A DNA stretch of 64,000 nt from Hydrolagus colliei (GCA_035084275.1 CM068757.1:2542001-2606000), one strand, 5' to 3'; counted from the first letter of the stretch, positions 23,876 to 37,054 are shown. Numbers and translations are program-made. The notes: generated from the sequence alone by a model not told the origin.

Positions 23876-26800
23876 TTGTTCAGAGGATCACTGGGAAGCC
23901 TCCTGCACAGATCGCAAGTGTTTAATCTCCACGCTCGGGTAAACTCCATCAAAAACACATTACCCTCCTACTCTGGTGGCCAGCTGCCTAATTGTATCGG
24001 CTCCAAATACGCACTGCTGAAGCATGATAGGAATGGCAGTGGTAGTGGTGTGAGGTGGGGGGGGTGGGGGGGGGGGGTAGGGGGAGGGGGGCTAGGGGGG
24101 TGGTATGGAATGGAAGTGAAGATAAATTACATTGGCACTGATGCTAGTGATGATGATAATTATTAATGTTTTCGTTGCATAGAAAACTGGCTGCCATTTC
24201 CTTGGCTGGTTTCTCAGTATTAATGAGTCTTGTCTATTGCTTATCCATTTCACATGATGTATGCTACTCCCCGCTTTGACTTTCCTTGAGTGCTATATTG
24301 CGGACCGCTTCCAGTATTTTTATCTGATGGGGTGGAGGCTAAAAATGCTAATTGAATGAGCATTACTCATTGCTTTCAAAGAAGTGTTGTTCAGTTTTAT
24401 TTTCAGGTGTACTCCAGTTCAACTCTCATAGGCTTCAACTGTTCTGAATTTGATCTTATTGTATTCTAAGGTTACACAGCAACAGTCCTTGTGGCTGAGC
24501 TATCAAATGCAATGTAATGCCACACTTAGCGAACGAAACAGAATAATTTTAATATTCATTATAATTTTTAAAAAATTTAATAATTTGAGACGACTCCACC
24601 TGAAGCATATTTACTAGGCCCCAAGATTCTACCAAGTTTAATAATTATAATAATTATTATTATAATGACAGAGTCTTAACTCGTAAGAACATTTAGTCTT
24701 AAAGATCACGCCAAACTGCTTGTAAAATAACCAGCTTCAAATTGAAACCGGGTTCAAGTACTTCTGCAATTTCCGCAATTCTGCACAGTGTCAGATATTT
24801 AAGAAAAAAAATGTGTATGTAGGCTGCGACTAGGAATTGACAGGTTCATCCCTTAGGCATGGTCAGGCGAAGGGAACATTTTTCAGGCGTTGGAATGCTT
24901 GAGACCTAGTGCTTAGAGGCTCTTGCCTTCAACTGCTAGAAACACTCCCACCAAACCATTTCCTTTAATATCCCTTTAACATTGCGTCGAAAGATTGATT
25001 GCATATTTTTGGCAGATCTGTTTTTTCTTGGTGGTGGGGGTGGGCGTGTGTTTGTGGGAGGGTGTGGGGTGGGGTGGGGAAAGTAGGGATTTATTTTCAA
25101 TGGTGTTGCGTTGAGAGCTCTACGGTGGGAGCACAGTCGATTGCTTATGGGGGTGACGCTGGCAGAGAACGAGAGCGGGTGCGTGGGTTGAAATGATCGT
25201 GTCACCCGTGTAGGCTTTTGCTGTGACTCTTTAACGTCACCGAAAAACGCGGCAGGAGTTCTCTCTCAGCTGCCAGTTGCTATGGTTACACGCTGAGGAT
25301 GCCAAGGATGAGCGCACAGCTATTTTTAAACAGCTCATGGCTTGTGCGAGGGAGTAGTTTGTGGATTGGATATGGCCTCATTGCGGTATAAATTCCGTCT
25401 TTCGCACGCCTGTGAGATGACATCTCGTATCACACAGTGCTCGACTGAATCAGGTTGCATCAGGCTGCAATAAGCATGAGTTAACCAGCATTTTGTTTTG
25501 CTGATTTGTCAGTATCTAGATTGTTACAGGGAGCCACTGCCATTTATGAATTTTAAAATTATACAGTACCTTCACTGCTCTTAACCCACGACTGGGACTT
25601 TTATGGTTGCATGCATTTAAATCTACAAATTATAATTTCAAGTGCGCAACAATTACTTTGTCAGATATTGCACGAAGCAAAAAGGGCATTTATGGTTGAA
25701 AATGAAACTGAATATCGAATGAGCCCCCCAAAAAAACCCAGCAACTCAAATAATTATGCTGAACTTTTGTTTCCAAAACAAAAATATTATTCTGAAGTTG
25801 CGATGATTTGTTTTGTTGGTGTGTTGGATCTGTCGGTAGCAGGCAGTCTGTTTCCACCTCCCCACCCTGCCCCCGCCAATGAAATTCATTTATTTTCATT
25901 TTTGGAGAAGATTAACAGTCTTTGGTAACTGCAGCTGTTGGCTCTTTATGGCACTCAATTTATTTATTCCTGACCCATGCTGTTTTCTTCTGCAAGGTGT
26001 TTATTGAGGCTCAAAGACTGAATTGTATGGAATGCAGCAAAGGCAGTCATCAGCTATCATGTTTTGTTGAAAGCTTATTCCTGGGCTGCGCTGCTTGCAG
26101 TTTACCTGGCAGTCACCATTCGCTGTTTTTGTGGCTTTGTACCATTTGAGAGACTGGATGAAAAATGACCAGCACTCGAGTCCATCAGCCTTGCTCTCTT
26201 GGGAGCTGTGGAAGTGAAAATAGCACAGACCGCAGTCACTTGTCTCTCATCTCCCCCGCTTAATATTTACTGTGAGGGATTGTCATTGTACCGACTGCAC
26301 TTCATAGACTGGTTCTCGCTTTGGACAAACCCAAGTAGCACGATCTGTGTGCGCGGATGGGGGTGTGGGGGAAGGGGGAGTGCTGGGTATTGATTGTTCC
26401 AGTTCTGTAACTGAGAATAATAACATGCTTTTTCAGGCTCGATTCAAATTCATCAAATCCTGTCACACAATTTCATCCCCCTTGTGTTGCACAAACCTTG
26501 TCCAATCTGACTTGTCCATGTCAATATAGCCTGATTTGCATTAATCTCTTCTGTTGGGAGAATTAACAAGTGCCACGGTGATTAAAAGCAACAAACCCCA
26601 AGAGTTGACTATAAATTTATAACAATTATATGAATTTTCTCAAGTTTTCCGACTCATTTAATTTCCTTGAGAATTCGTCTCGCATTTACTGTACGTATCC
26701 AGTATCTAGATAGCGTTCATTGACCTTATTAATGAGATGTTTTGTCATGCTGTATAATACTTTCTGTAGCTTCTGTAGCATTTGGTCCAAGAACTGTATT

Positions 26801-27452
26801 ATTCTGTGGGAGTATTTCTGTGTTTATATGTTTTTAAATTCACCAACTATAAGTGGAATTAGCACCTGCAAGATTGTCTTACATTTTTACCATTCTGTGA
26901 CAGTATACAGCTCTTTTCACTTTAAGAACATATACATGTCAAAGGTGATTTGTATGTTAGCAGGCATGCTGATGGAAGTTATTATTTGCGTTATGTAACC
27001 TAATTTCATTCTAACAAACAGCCTGAAGAGTGGGGCAGAACTGCGTGAGATGGTTCCCATTAGTCACGAGTGGCGAAAAATTAATCTACATTATATGGAG
27101 GGTAGTGATTCATTTTGTGTTGTACTGTACAATTATTATCATTGTATAATATATTCATGTAATATAATTGTATAATAAAACTCAAGAGTCTCTGCGTTGG
27201 GAAACTGATCTGCTATCATGTTATGCTAATATTAAAAAGTTACATTTAATCATGATGGTGGTTGGGCAGTGGGAGTTTAAAAATGGCCATTTATCCAAAA
27301 TACACGCAAATTGAAATGCTAAGCATTTTACTACACCTTGCTGAGAGATTTCAAAAAGAGTTTCAAATGAAGATTTATTTGTCATTTGCCCTTCGTCTTG
27401 CCTGAGTTCATCTACATGATCTGCTTCTTGACTTTAGTCATTTTATTTTCAG

Positions 27453-27503
27453 GCAATTGCCGGTTACTTCGATATCTTATTTGAGAAGAACTGCGAAAAT
27501 AAG
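27453..27503 (+). CDS. PRMT3: PRMT3 exon 14
   Basis: tttcag| ... AAG|gtaagg; AIAGYFDILFEKNCENK; 51 nt. Confidence 0.95.
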
Positions 27504-27730
27504 GTAAGGGCTATGTATGGTTCTGCTTGTGGTAGAACTAACTGAGTGGGAATGTGTCATTTGCTTTTTTTTAGCTGCATGTAGGTGTTACGATGAAGGA
27601 ATATCTGTCCCGTTGCTGTTGTAAAACGGCCTTGTAATTTTTTCAGGGTGGGATTTTCTGTGTGAAAGCAGAGACACATGCTGTTAGAAATCATGTTTCT
27701 CATCAGATGCCTTTGAACTCTGCATTTCAG

Positions 27731-27818
27731 GTCATGTTCTCCACTGATCCAAGAAGCACCAAAACACACTGGAAACAAACTGTGTTTCTTCTGGAGCAAA
27801 CAATCACAGTAAATAAAG
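27731..27818 (+). CDS. PRMT3: PRMT3 exon 15 (THW loop)
   Basis: tttcag| ... G|gtaatt; VMFSTDPRSTKTHWKQTVFLLEQTITVNK. Confidence 0.97.
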
Positions 27819-28484
27819 GTAATTTACTTGTCCAGCGGGCTTGATTTATCTAGGGGCGATACACTCGCAAAGTGCAGGGCTCTGAAATGGGAGGAAATGC
27901 TCCTATCTGATGTGCCGAGGGCTGAGTTACTTAGTTGAAATTAAACCCTTGTATCTATTGAATTTCCTATTACAATGTGAAGTTCTCTTGTTTGTTTGTT
28001 TTTCTTTTTATATTAGCTTTTTTTTTCTCCATGTCATTACCATACGTCTGTGTAAGGTGACTTGAGTTTACAGGGTATGAAACGGCTACGCTATAAAATA
28101 ATATCTGTTTTAAACACAAAACAACAGAGTAAGAGCAAATAAATTGCAGTAGGACAAACCCAAAACTTTGGCAGTGAGAGCCAGAGTGCATTTGAAGCTT
28201 TATAAAAAGCTAGGTTTGTGTCTGTGAATGGGTTAAAGCACCTTGTTTTAACATGACCTCAATAGCTTGAGAAGTCTGAGGTACATAAACTGTAGCAAGC
28301 GTAATTGAATAATTGAACATTCCGATGATATCAGGTCAGATTTCTTTTTGTTAATGCGCAGACTTGAGGGAGAAATATCAATTCAAAAGTCTTCCAGTTA
28401 CTTAAAACCTGGAAATGAAGGCTAGCTGTTTGATAAGCATTGGAAATATCATCATCCTAGTCCCACACACATAGACATAAACAT

Positions 28485-29005
28485 ACAAGATTCACTAGGT
28501 TAGTTCCTGGGATGAGGGGACTAACCTATGAGGATAGGTTGAATAAACTAGAGCTGCATTCTCTAGAGTATAGAAGAATTAGGGGAGATCTTATTGAAAC
28601 ATATAAGATTTTTAAAGGCCTGGGTAAAGTAGACAAGAAGGGATTGTTTCACCTGGTAGGACAATCTATAACCAGGGGTCACAGTCTTAAAATTAAGGGT
28701 CAGCCTTTTAGAACAGAGTTGAGGAAACATTTCTTCACTCAGAGTGTAGTGAGTTTATGGAATTCACTACCATAATTTGAATTTATGGAATTCACTACCC
28801 CAGAAGGCTGTAAATGCTCATTCCTTGAACAATTTTAAGGCTGAGACTGATAGATTGTTTTTTAAAAAAAATAGAGGGATTAGGGGATATGGGGATAGAT
28901 AATTAGAGTTAGGTCAGAAGATCAGCCATGATCTTATCGAATGGCGGGGCAGGCTTGAGGGGCCGAATGGCCTACTCCTGCTCCTAATCCTTATGTTCTT
29001 ATGTT
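28485..29005 (+). mobile_element. CR1 LINE, 5'-truncated (ORF2 C-terminus plus 3' UTR)
   Basis: RFTRLVPGMRGLTYEDRLNKLELHSLEYRRIRGDLIETYKI...TRGHSLKI...FFTQSVVSLWNSLP; 3' UTR GAATGGCGGGGCAGGCTTGAGGGGCCGAATGGCCTACTCCTGCTCC and (CTTATGTT)n terminus. Confidence 0.95.
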
Positions 29006-29283
29006 TCTCAGATGCCTGCATTGAAAAAAAAACAAATCAACAACAGGACCTTTTGTTTTTTTGTGCGGAGTTTCCATAACTGAAACCCTCCACTGTTTTA
29101 TCATGAGAGTCTTGAGTAAAATAAATAAGTGTATAGGCTCTGAAATGATTGCACCAAGCAGGCAATCTGCAGAGATCAGCTGCACTGATACACGAGTCAC
29201 AGTCGCATTTGCAGGACATTCATACCTGTGATTTGTGCCTCAGAAGACGCCGGCTATAGCAGGGCATTGCAGGTCAGCGACAT

Positions 29284-29579
29284 GACGTCCTGAAGCTCAG
29301 TGGTTAGAGCGCTCGCCTTACAAGTGAGAGATCTGGGTTCAATTCTAGGCTGGGCGAACCCATGGGCACATTTCCTTACTCTACACTCCTAATAATAATC
29401 CTTTAAAAAAATTGGTCATTTCAATCCACGACTATTTTTGGGACACAGTTGTATGCAATTGGCTGCCATGTTTCGCCCACAAATATACAGTCAATTCAAT
29501 ATATTTACAGTATATTCTGTGAAGAGCTTTGAGACGTCTGGAAGATGTGAAAAGCGCTATATCAAATGCAAGTATTATT
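29284..29579 (+). mobile_element. Full-length tRNA-derived SINE
   Basis: GTCCTGAAGCTCAGTGGTTAGAGC head, GGTTCAATTC B-box, family body and tail. Confidence 0.92.
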
Positions 29580-31274
29580 GTCGTGATAGTTACACTATTG
29601 GCAGCACACACATCCACACTACTCTGCTTCACTACGCCTAAAACCCTGTTACATTTTAGTATTTTATGATCTAGTCTGAATATGCTTTAGTTGATAGCAA
29701 CCATTTGGCGTGCTCGATAGTTCATCCTCCAATGAGGTATAGTGTATCTTTAGTTCTGAGCGATTGCACAGTATACTGTGACTTGAATATTTGCTATCAA
29801 TAACGCAATCGAATAAACTTGTCAGTTTATTTTCACAAGTCCGAGCTTTTTTTGTTTTTTTGATTTTTTTGATTTTTCACAATCATTGCCTGTGAATTAG
29901 GATTTTGGTTTCAGTTTGACATCTGGCGTCGTATTGATTAACCTGTAGTCGATGGGAAACAAAGGATGAGATGACTTATTGATAGTCCTGGCATGTCTTA
30001 ACGTATTTTTTCTTCTCCTTTTGGGCCATTTTCAAATGATGATTGCTGTAATGTTCCAAGTACGCTTCCCGTGATCTAATTATAGAAGTGGATTTTCAAT
30101 TGAACATGCAGGCTGAATAGAGTATAGGTTTCCACTCTGAAGCACAGCTTTCATCTGAAGATCTCTCTTGTGGCTTAGCCATTTAATTGAGATTTTACAT
30201 CCTTCATTGGCTTTGTGCCTGCTCACTGCTTCAGTTAAATCCCAGCTTGCAGCAAAATCTCAATAGCTCTTCTTGCTTAGTGATGCATATGTAGTTCTGC
30301 CCATAATATTTGATGCCTCTGCAGTGTACTCTCTGTCAAGGTCTTGATCAGTGTTCTTCACACCAGGAATACAAGATGCGCTCGCTGCCTCTTTAGTATG
30401 AATTTCAACAGCATTCTAGTCGTGTTTAATGATTTCCATTTCCACGTTAATTTGAATGCAGCAATACAGTGTGCGATGCAGTTACAGCCGCAGGGGTGTG
30501 ATAAGACAAGAGTGACGTAACTAAGCCCCATTGAGACCCTGCACTCTGTGTATAGGGGCAGCAGAAATGCGAAAAGCATCAGTCATTTTATATCAAGATG
30601 ACATTGACAAATTGCTCTGATCAGCCCGTGTTATACAGGTCCTGTTATATCCATTGAAGAGGATATCTTCTGGAAATGTACTACGCACTCCCACCCACCC
30701 ATCCAGGGAGCAGATGAGGTTGCCTTGTAGCCCGCGAATTAGCCCATGATTGTTTTTTATTCCAGTCGTTTCCCGCTAATTTAAGTTGAAGGCTAGAGTC
30801 CAGCAGAAGATAAATGTGCTTTTCTTTCTCGGACAACTCTTCGCACAGTCACACCGATGCGTTTTAAAAAGTGGGGCATTTCTATTTTTTTTAATAGCTT
30901 GCATCTATCTTAATTTAGTGTTTTAATCGCAATCAAATTCTTGGCTTAGATTTGTAAAAATAGAAACACACACACACACACACACACACCCACACACTGC
31001 ATCTGTGATTTCACATTATCCTTCGCTTGTCAGCAGATCAGCCTTGAGCGGTGTTTGAAAGTCACTGGTTTCTGTTTTTGAAGGACTGGTCACTCTGGAA
31101 GGTGGAGGGGAAAAAAAAAAACAGGATCCATTGAGGATTTTGAGGATTGATGATTTGTTCCAAAGCAGCCACAAACAGGGTCTGCAAACCCTGATGACCC
31201 TGTCAATATTACACATTCGAGGCACTTGCTGCTTGAAATTGAGAAAGACCCAGCGGCCCTTGATTTGTCTTCAC

Positions 31275-31528
31275 TTCTCTGCTGAAGAACACTGACTCTT
31301 GTTTAGTTAAGGCTCCACAGGCGCCAGTCGCCCATGCTTTGGCCATGTAGCTATTCTTCATGTGGGAGCTCAGACAGTGATTATCGATAGGCATTTTGAA
31401 CGGGGTGGGGAGGGGAGGGGGGGGTGGGTGAGGATTGCAGCCAATTTTCATCTCTACATCCCCATGTGCACACTTTCCAGCAGGAGTTAGTTGATAGCAT
31501 TGGGCAGCAGGGATGCTGACTGATGCTC
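31275..31528 (-). mobile_element. LF-SINE-like element, 3' two-thirds
   Basis: Minus strand has CCTGCTGGAAAGTGTGC, TCACTGTCTGAGCTCCCACATGAAGAAT, GGCGCCTGTGGA and CAAGAGTCAG in the order of the recalled LF-SINE consensus. Confidence 0.7.
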
Positions 31529-32656
31529 TGGCATGCTACCTTGCATGAGGGGCACTATATAAATACAAGTTGTTGTTGATGTTCTCTTCCTTCCTTAGTC
31601 CTTGTTCCAAGCTCAGAGCCCCAAGTCTAATGTTGGCTCAATGCTTACAATGGAATAGCAGATTCACTTGCGAGACTCAGTATATTTGCCAAAGATATAA
31701 TATGTTTGGTGATGTGATTTGCAGTCAATGGGATAGGTGTAGAATGAAATGGTCACCAATTTACAAGACAAGGTTATTCAGCCGGAGGAGTGGGTAAGGA
31801 CAAGGACCAAGGTTTATTATCTGTCGAGCTTGGTGTCAAGGAAGCGGAACGGAATTCGCCGCATTTTGTATTGTTGATTGCTATATCTGCGGATGTGAAG
31901 TGTGTGGACTTGGATGACCTATTGGATGAAGGTGCCATTCGGTAAATTGGTTGAAATGTGAAATCCGACAATTGATTCTTGCATTCTCTCATTCCGTACC
32001 AATAAAACAAAGTAAGTCACTTTACAATCTTACCTGCTTACCCTTCAACCAACAGCAAAAGCGTTATTGAACAGCTTAGAGAGAGTGACACACACACACA
32101 GTCTAACAGTGACAATGGCAGATAATTGATGCACTACAACCTTTATTTTATTGGACGAGCTAGTATTGAAGGGCAGGTAATAAAGTTGCTGTTTGTCACT
32201 CAAAGTGGCACTGTGGCCGCTTGTAGCTGAGAGATTACCTTCGTCCTCACTGTCAGTAATGGCTTCTTACATTATAATTACAACAAGATGCAAAATAAGT
32301 TATCTCCATCAACACCTTTTATTTTTTTTAATGGTTTTCTTGGAGAAGTTTACTGCTTTCCTTTTTAATTCTCATTCATTTGCTCCGTATTTATTGAGTG
32401 GATCTCGCTTACTTTCACTTTAGAATTGGATTTATGTAATTGAAATTGATCCAGACATGTTCGCATTCATGGTTTTGCTTAATGTAGTGAAATGACCTGC
32501 TTGCATCCTTGGCGAATTGGCTTTCGTCCATTTTCAGAAGCCAAATAACTCAAATGTTTTAACATTCTGGTGGGCACCTATATGAGTCTCAGCTGAGCAA
32601 ATGTGTTGGTTAATCTTAGAATTTCAGCCATGGCTGCCTTTTAAATAAATATGGAA

Positions 32657-32683
32657 TATATATATATATATATATATACATAT
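32657..32683. repeat. (AT)n microsatellite
   Basis: AT dinucleotide run. Confidence 0.95.
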
Positions 32684-34139
32684 GAACAATAAAATCAATT
32701 GGAACAGTTTGGGGAAACATCTGCCCAGTACAGAAAACCTGCCTGTATTAAATGGAGAAAACTGTAAGGTTATTTTCAAATCCAAGCTGGATTTTTTGGC
32801 AGCATGGACTCACTCCGATCATAGAATTCTAACCTTGGAACAGTTACTGCACAGTGAGAGGTCATTTAGCTTATGGAGACAGTGCAAGTGCTCACTCTAC
32901 CATTGAAGCCACCTCTCCAATATCCTACCTTTCCTTTAATATTGTTCCTCTTACAATGTTAAATCGAATTCTCTCATCAGTTTGGCCTTTGAGTGCTAAT
33001 TCTCAATAAGGGACGACAGTATTTGGGTAAGCCAGAACTAATCCAACGTGGTATATTGGTAGGATGTTTCCAATGGTAACTGAACTACAGCAAGATGCTG
33101 AGTTCATTGGGGGGGAAAAAAACTTGATTGGAAGGATGAGATTAAATGGGCTGAAGAGCCTTCTTCATCTGAACTGTTGTACTTATTCCAGAAAAGTATT
33201 TGGGGTTCCCTTCTCCTTCCCAATGCATTTACTTTAACTATTTTAGCATTTAGCTGTACAGTATATTGGTGAATTGGCTTGAATAAAAGTCAGTGTACTT
33301 CAAGACCTGTATTTCAGTAGGGTTCCCATCAGCATCCATCTGATCATTTGCTCATTCAGAAGGTTGGGTTTTGACTTCTTTGCGATACCAGAATATTATA
33401 GAATGAGCTGGTGAAGGACTACCACTGGAATATTACCATTACAAAATCTCAGAACCTTGTACTGTAGAAGCCTCTTTTTAGAAACCATCTGATTGTGCTC
33501 ATCTTAAATAAGCGCCGGTCTTTTGTATAGGCTTCTTTTTAAAATTGAACAGCTAAACCTTTTCAGGGCAAAAGGTATTACACTTCACTTGCATTCAGGT
33601 GCAGTCTATGCCAAGTACTAGCCGTGTATTTTATCTTGTCAAAAAATTACAATATTAATAGAACAATTCGGAAGCGAAATGTCATTCAGCAACTCGTACG
33701 TTCATGTATCACTGATTTGTGCATTATAATGAAACAACATTTCTACTAGTTATGTCGCAATTTTTGTCCCAATTTGCTGTATAATGAGCTTTGATGTTGC
33801 TTAGCTGCTGCCACCCTTGCAATATTGTTTTCTCAAAGCAATTTTCATGTGTCAAGAACTGCATGTAATCCCTGGTGGCAAGTGTTGACTCATACATGCC
33901 CTTACTGAGTTGTTGCAGTTTATTAATTCTCCACAAAATTGATTTCCTTAATGGAACCTAAAGGCGTTTATGAAAAGCTGCAGTCATTGTTAAAGCAAAA
34001 CGATTCACCTTTCAAAAACTTGGGGGGGGGCATCAGGACCAGGCGTTTTTAGCGCTGTGAAACATTCTAATTTCAGCCGCACAGTGACAAATTAAAGCAC
34101 CGTTTGAAACTGAACTCGTTGAAACACGAGAAGACATTT

Positions 34140-34232
34140 TTCATCTCTCATTTGCCTGGGGTTTGTTGGATTCGAACTCGAGTCGAGTGGTGGGGAGGTG
34201 AAAGTTCAGTTTGCTAATCCAGTGTTCTGCCT
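34140..34232 (-). mobile_element. Old tRNA-SINE head of another family
   Basis: Minus strand CTTTCACCTC...GAGTTCGAATCC B-box; no intact cloverleaf. Confidence 0.4.
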
Positions 34233-34239
34233 GTCCTGT

Positions 34240-34410
34240 ATTCCTGGCAGGTTCTTTGATTTGTCCTGAAGCTGAATTTAATGACCCCAGCGCGGCACCC
34301 ACGCAGATGAGCTTAATTTGGTTCAGGCTGGGGATGGAACCTAGGACCTTCTGTTGTGCATGGCATAGCAACACGCCATATGATGTATTATCGCTATGCT
34401 CTCAGGGAGC
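34240..34410 (-). mobile_element. LF-SINE-like 5' head
   Basis: Minus strand GCCATGCACAACAGAAGGTCCTAGGTTCCATCCCCAGCCTG...AGCTCATCT resembles recalled LF-SINE head GCCATACAGACCAGGAAGGTCCCAGGTTCGATCCCCGGTCTG...AGCTGATCT. Confidence 0.6.
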
Positions 34411-34659
34411 ACACAGATCCACCCACTGACTATTCAGTCACATTTGTCTAACAGACCCATTTACAGCACATCCATTTTATTGCAAATTTGGAGTAGTCGA
34501 CACTCTTCCCTTATAGCCAGAACCAGGAAATAAATGTCTCCATAATCTCTCCCTAGCCAGCTTGTAAACACCATGGCATGTTTACTACACAGGGCCATCC
34601 ATATTTGGCGCATGTTTCGAATATGCTCGAATCATTGTGTTCATTTGAAAAATGATTTG

Positions 34660-34808
34660 AAAAATAGAGGGATCAGTGGATATGGGAATAGGGCAGGTAA
34701 TCAAAGTTAGGTGACAAGATCAGCCATGATCTTGTTGAATGGCGGAGCAGGCTCGAAGGGCTGAATGGCCTACTCCTGCTCCTGATTCTTATGTTCTTAT
34801 GTTATGTT
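34660..34808 (+). mobile_element. CR1 3' UTR fragment
   Basis: GATCAGCCATGATCTTGTTGAATGGCGGAGCAGGCTCGAAGGGCTGAATGGCCTACTCCTGCTCC plus (CTTATGTT)n, matching 28920-29005. Confidence 0.92.
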
Positions 34809-35116
34809 CCTTTTTGCACTGTTGGGTTGTGGGGGGAGAAATGCTTTCTCTTTAAAAGGCTTCGGAGTGATTTAAAGCAGTGCCTTGGTATGTCAGCTGT
34901 TACTGAACTGAAAGGAATAAACAAAACTGTGAGGAAGCACTTCTATTAGAAAGAGCAAACAGCAGTTCATCATTCTGGCGATGCCTGCATAATTAAGTAA
35001 TTATCTCAGTAGACTTTTGCTTGCTGATATGTGTTTTATTGTCACCATATGATTTTGATAGCCATCTGTTTATGATCAGTAACAACACATATAATTTACT
35101 TGCGCAAAGTTAATAT

Positions 35117-35179
35117 AAGCGCTTTGAGACGTCGATAAGATGTGAAAAGCGCTATATCAAATGCAAGGGTTATTATTAT
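35117..35179 (+). mobile_element. SINE tail fragment
   Basis: AAGCGCTTTGAGACGTCGATAAGATGTGAAAAGCGCTATATCAAATGCAAGG. Confidence 0.85.
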
Positions 35180-35783
35180 ACATTCTGCTTCTCACTTCAG
35201 AGTTTAAATGATCCATTTAATCAAAAATGTTAATAGTGGTAAATGGTGATCTTTGCATTATAAATAGGCTTGCGGAATGTTAAAGTAGCAGAATTTATAG
35301 TTTGTATGTTCATAGTATTGATCAAACTATTTATGTGTGTCACTGTCCCATTATTTGTCATTGAGACTCCTCAAATCGGTTCACAGAATAGATTGCAAAG
35401 TCTGGTGACTGTATTTTGTGGATGAATCTAACTGTAGTCATTATGGCTGATGTTAGATGGAGGAGCTGCTTTGAAACAAATAACCTTTTTCCACGTGAAG
35501 TTTTTGGCTGTGATTCAATAATTATTCATCCTTTAATCCATTTGCCTGCAAAATACACAGGGATTACATTTTGTATATCTGTGGAGCTCTTTGAGACACT
35601 CTCGCAGCATGAACAGTGCTGTATTAACTGTATTCCTATTTTTAAATGTAAGGAATGTTTAATCCTGCCCATTGGTGTCTGGCATTCTCACCTGACACAT
35701 GCTGCACTTTGTGTATTGATATTGTTCCCCTTTGGGTTTTACTTCTATCAACCCGTACAGTGATATATTTCTGTTTTCCTTAG

Positions 35784-35893
35784 GTGACGTAATTCGAGGA
35801 AAGATTACCTGTGCCAAGAATAAAAAAGATCCTCGGGCCCTGGTTATAACCATATCGTTTAACAACACGAAACAGACTTATAGTATACAGTAA
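35784..35893 (+). CDS. PRMT3: PRMT3 last coding exon (16) with stop
   Basis: ccttag|; GDVIRGKITCAKNKKDPRALVITISFNNTKQTYSIQ then TAA at 35891-35893; KNKKDPR and QTY are typical of the PRMT3 C-terminus. Confidence 0.96.
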
Positions 35894-35946
35894 AGATTCT
35901 GTGCTCAGATGTTGCAGGTCTGCATACACCTACTTTGTTATGTTTG

Positions 35947-35952
35947 AATAAA
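35947..35952 (+). terminator. Candidate proximal polyadenylation signal of PRMT3
   Basis: AATAAA 53 nt after the stop, followed by TGTTTG-rich sequence. Confidence 0.45.
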
Positions 35953-37054
35953 TGTTTGGCAATATGTTTGCATTCATGGTACCAGTTGACTTCACAATGC
36001 ATCAGAATGGGGAGTGATATTGGGGGACTGTGATTTATTTTGTTCATGAATTAACGGATATAATAACACATAGATTTGGCATTAAATCCAGATCTTTTAT
36101 AGATTATGAAGAAAATTATATATGAGACCTCCTTGATTGTTCTATAAATATTAAGTACATGGACTCTTCAATGTGGTGGGACTTTTTTCATTTTTATTTA
36201 ATACCAATAACCATTATGAACACAGAAAGTTGTTTTCTTATTGCCAATGAGTTGATTGAATTTCATCTCCTCTCTCTGAGAAGCCATCACTATTAGTTTT
36301 GAAATATTCCCTAAAAACGGTACATTTGTGAATCTGTCTCAACCCCCTTCCACTGACTGAATGACCGATAACTCAATGGGCTTTTGTTACTCACGAAAAA
36401 ATGCACCTGTTCAATTATTTTATCGATGTGCAAAAATATCAAATTCATGCAAAAGGGCAGGGTGTCAAAGGGGGGTGGGGTGGGGGTGAGGGTAGAACGT
36501 TTGTACTAAATGGGAGCATTAACATTGGACGTGTGAAAATAGAGTGTGTTTATCCACGGCAGGAGTTTCACTATATGTCACTTCCTCCGTCTGAGGTATG
36601 TTATGATTTCACAGCCATTTTGTAACAGTATTGACAAAAATAATATAGAAACAGCCTTCGGGACTCTAAATCATTTATTTCATTCAAGTTAAATAGCCAA
36701 CATTATTATTTTTTAATGGGGGAAACATAGAAGGCGAAAGGAGCGAATGATTGCAACTGCAGTGATATTTGTCCTTTTAGACCAATAATTTATTCAGATG
36801 CAAACTGGTCCAAATGTTTTGTCATGCCTCAGAGCATATGATAAACAGACAGATGGAAATTTGTGCATTGCCATTCAACGCCATATGGAATTCAGAAAAG
36901 ACATTCCATCTATGTAAAATATTAGGTTCTTTCTTGGACTCAAAGTTGACGAGTCAACAGAAAATGCTGCGAAAATCCATTTTTAATGGCTGGGTGATAT
37001 TTGGGCAGCATCTCCTATAATGAGTCAAAATGGTTTATTAATTACAGTGGCTGA

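Noticed and set aside
24050-24105. G-run tracts as G-quadruplexes (also near 5075, 17270, 46990, 59035)
   Set aside because: Poly-G/C runs are frequent throughout this window and error-prone in assembly; nothing marks these as functional
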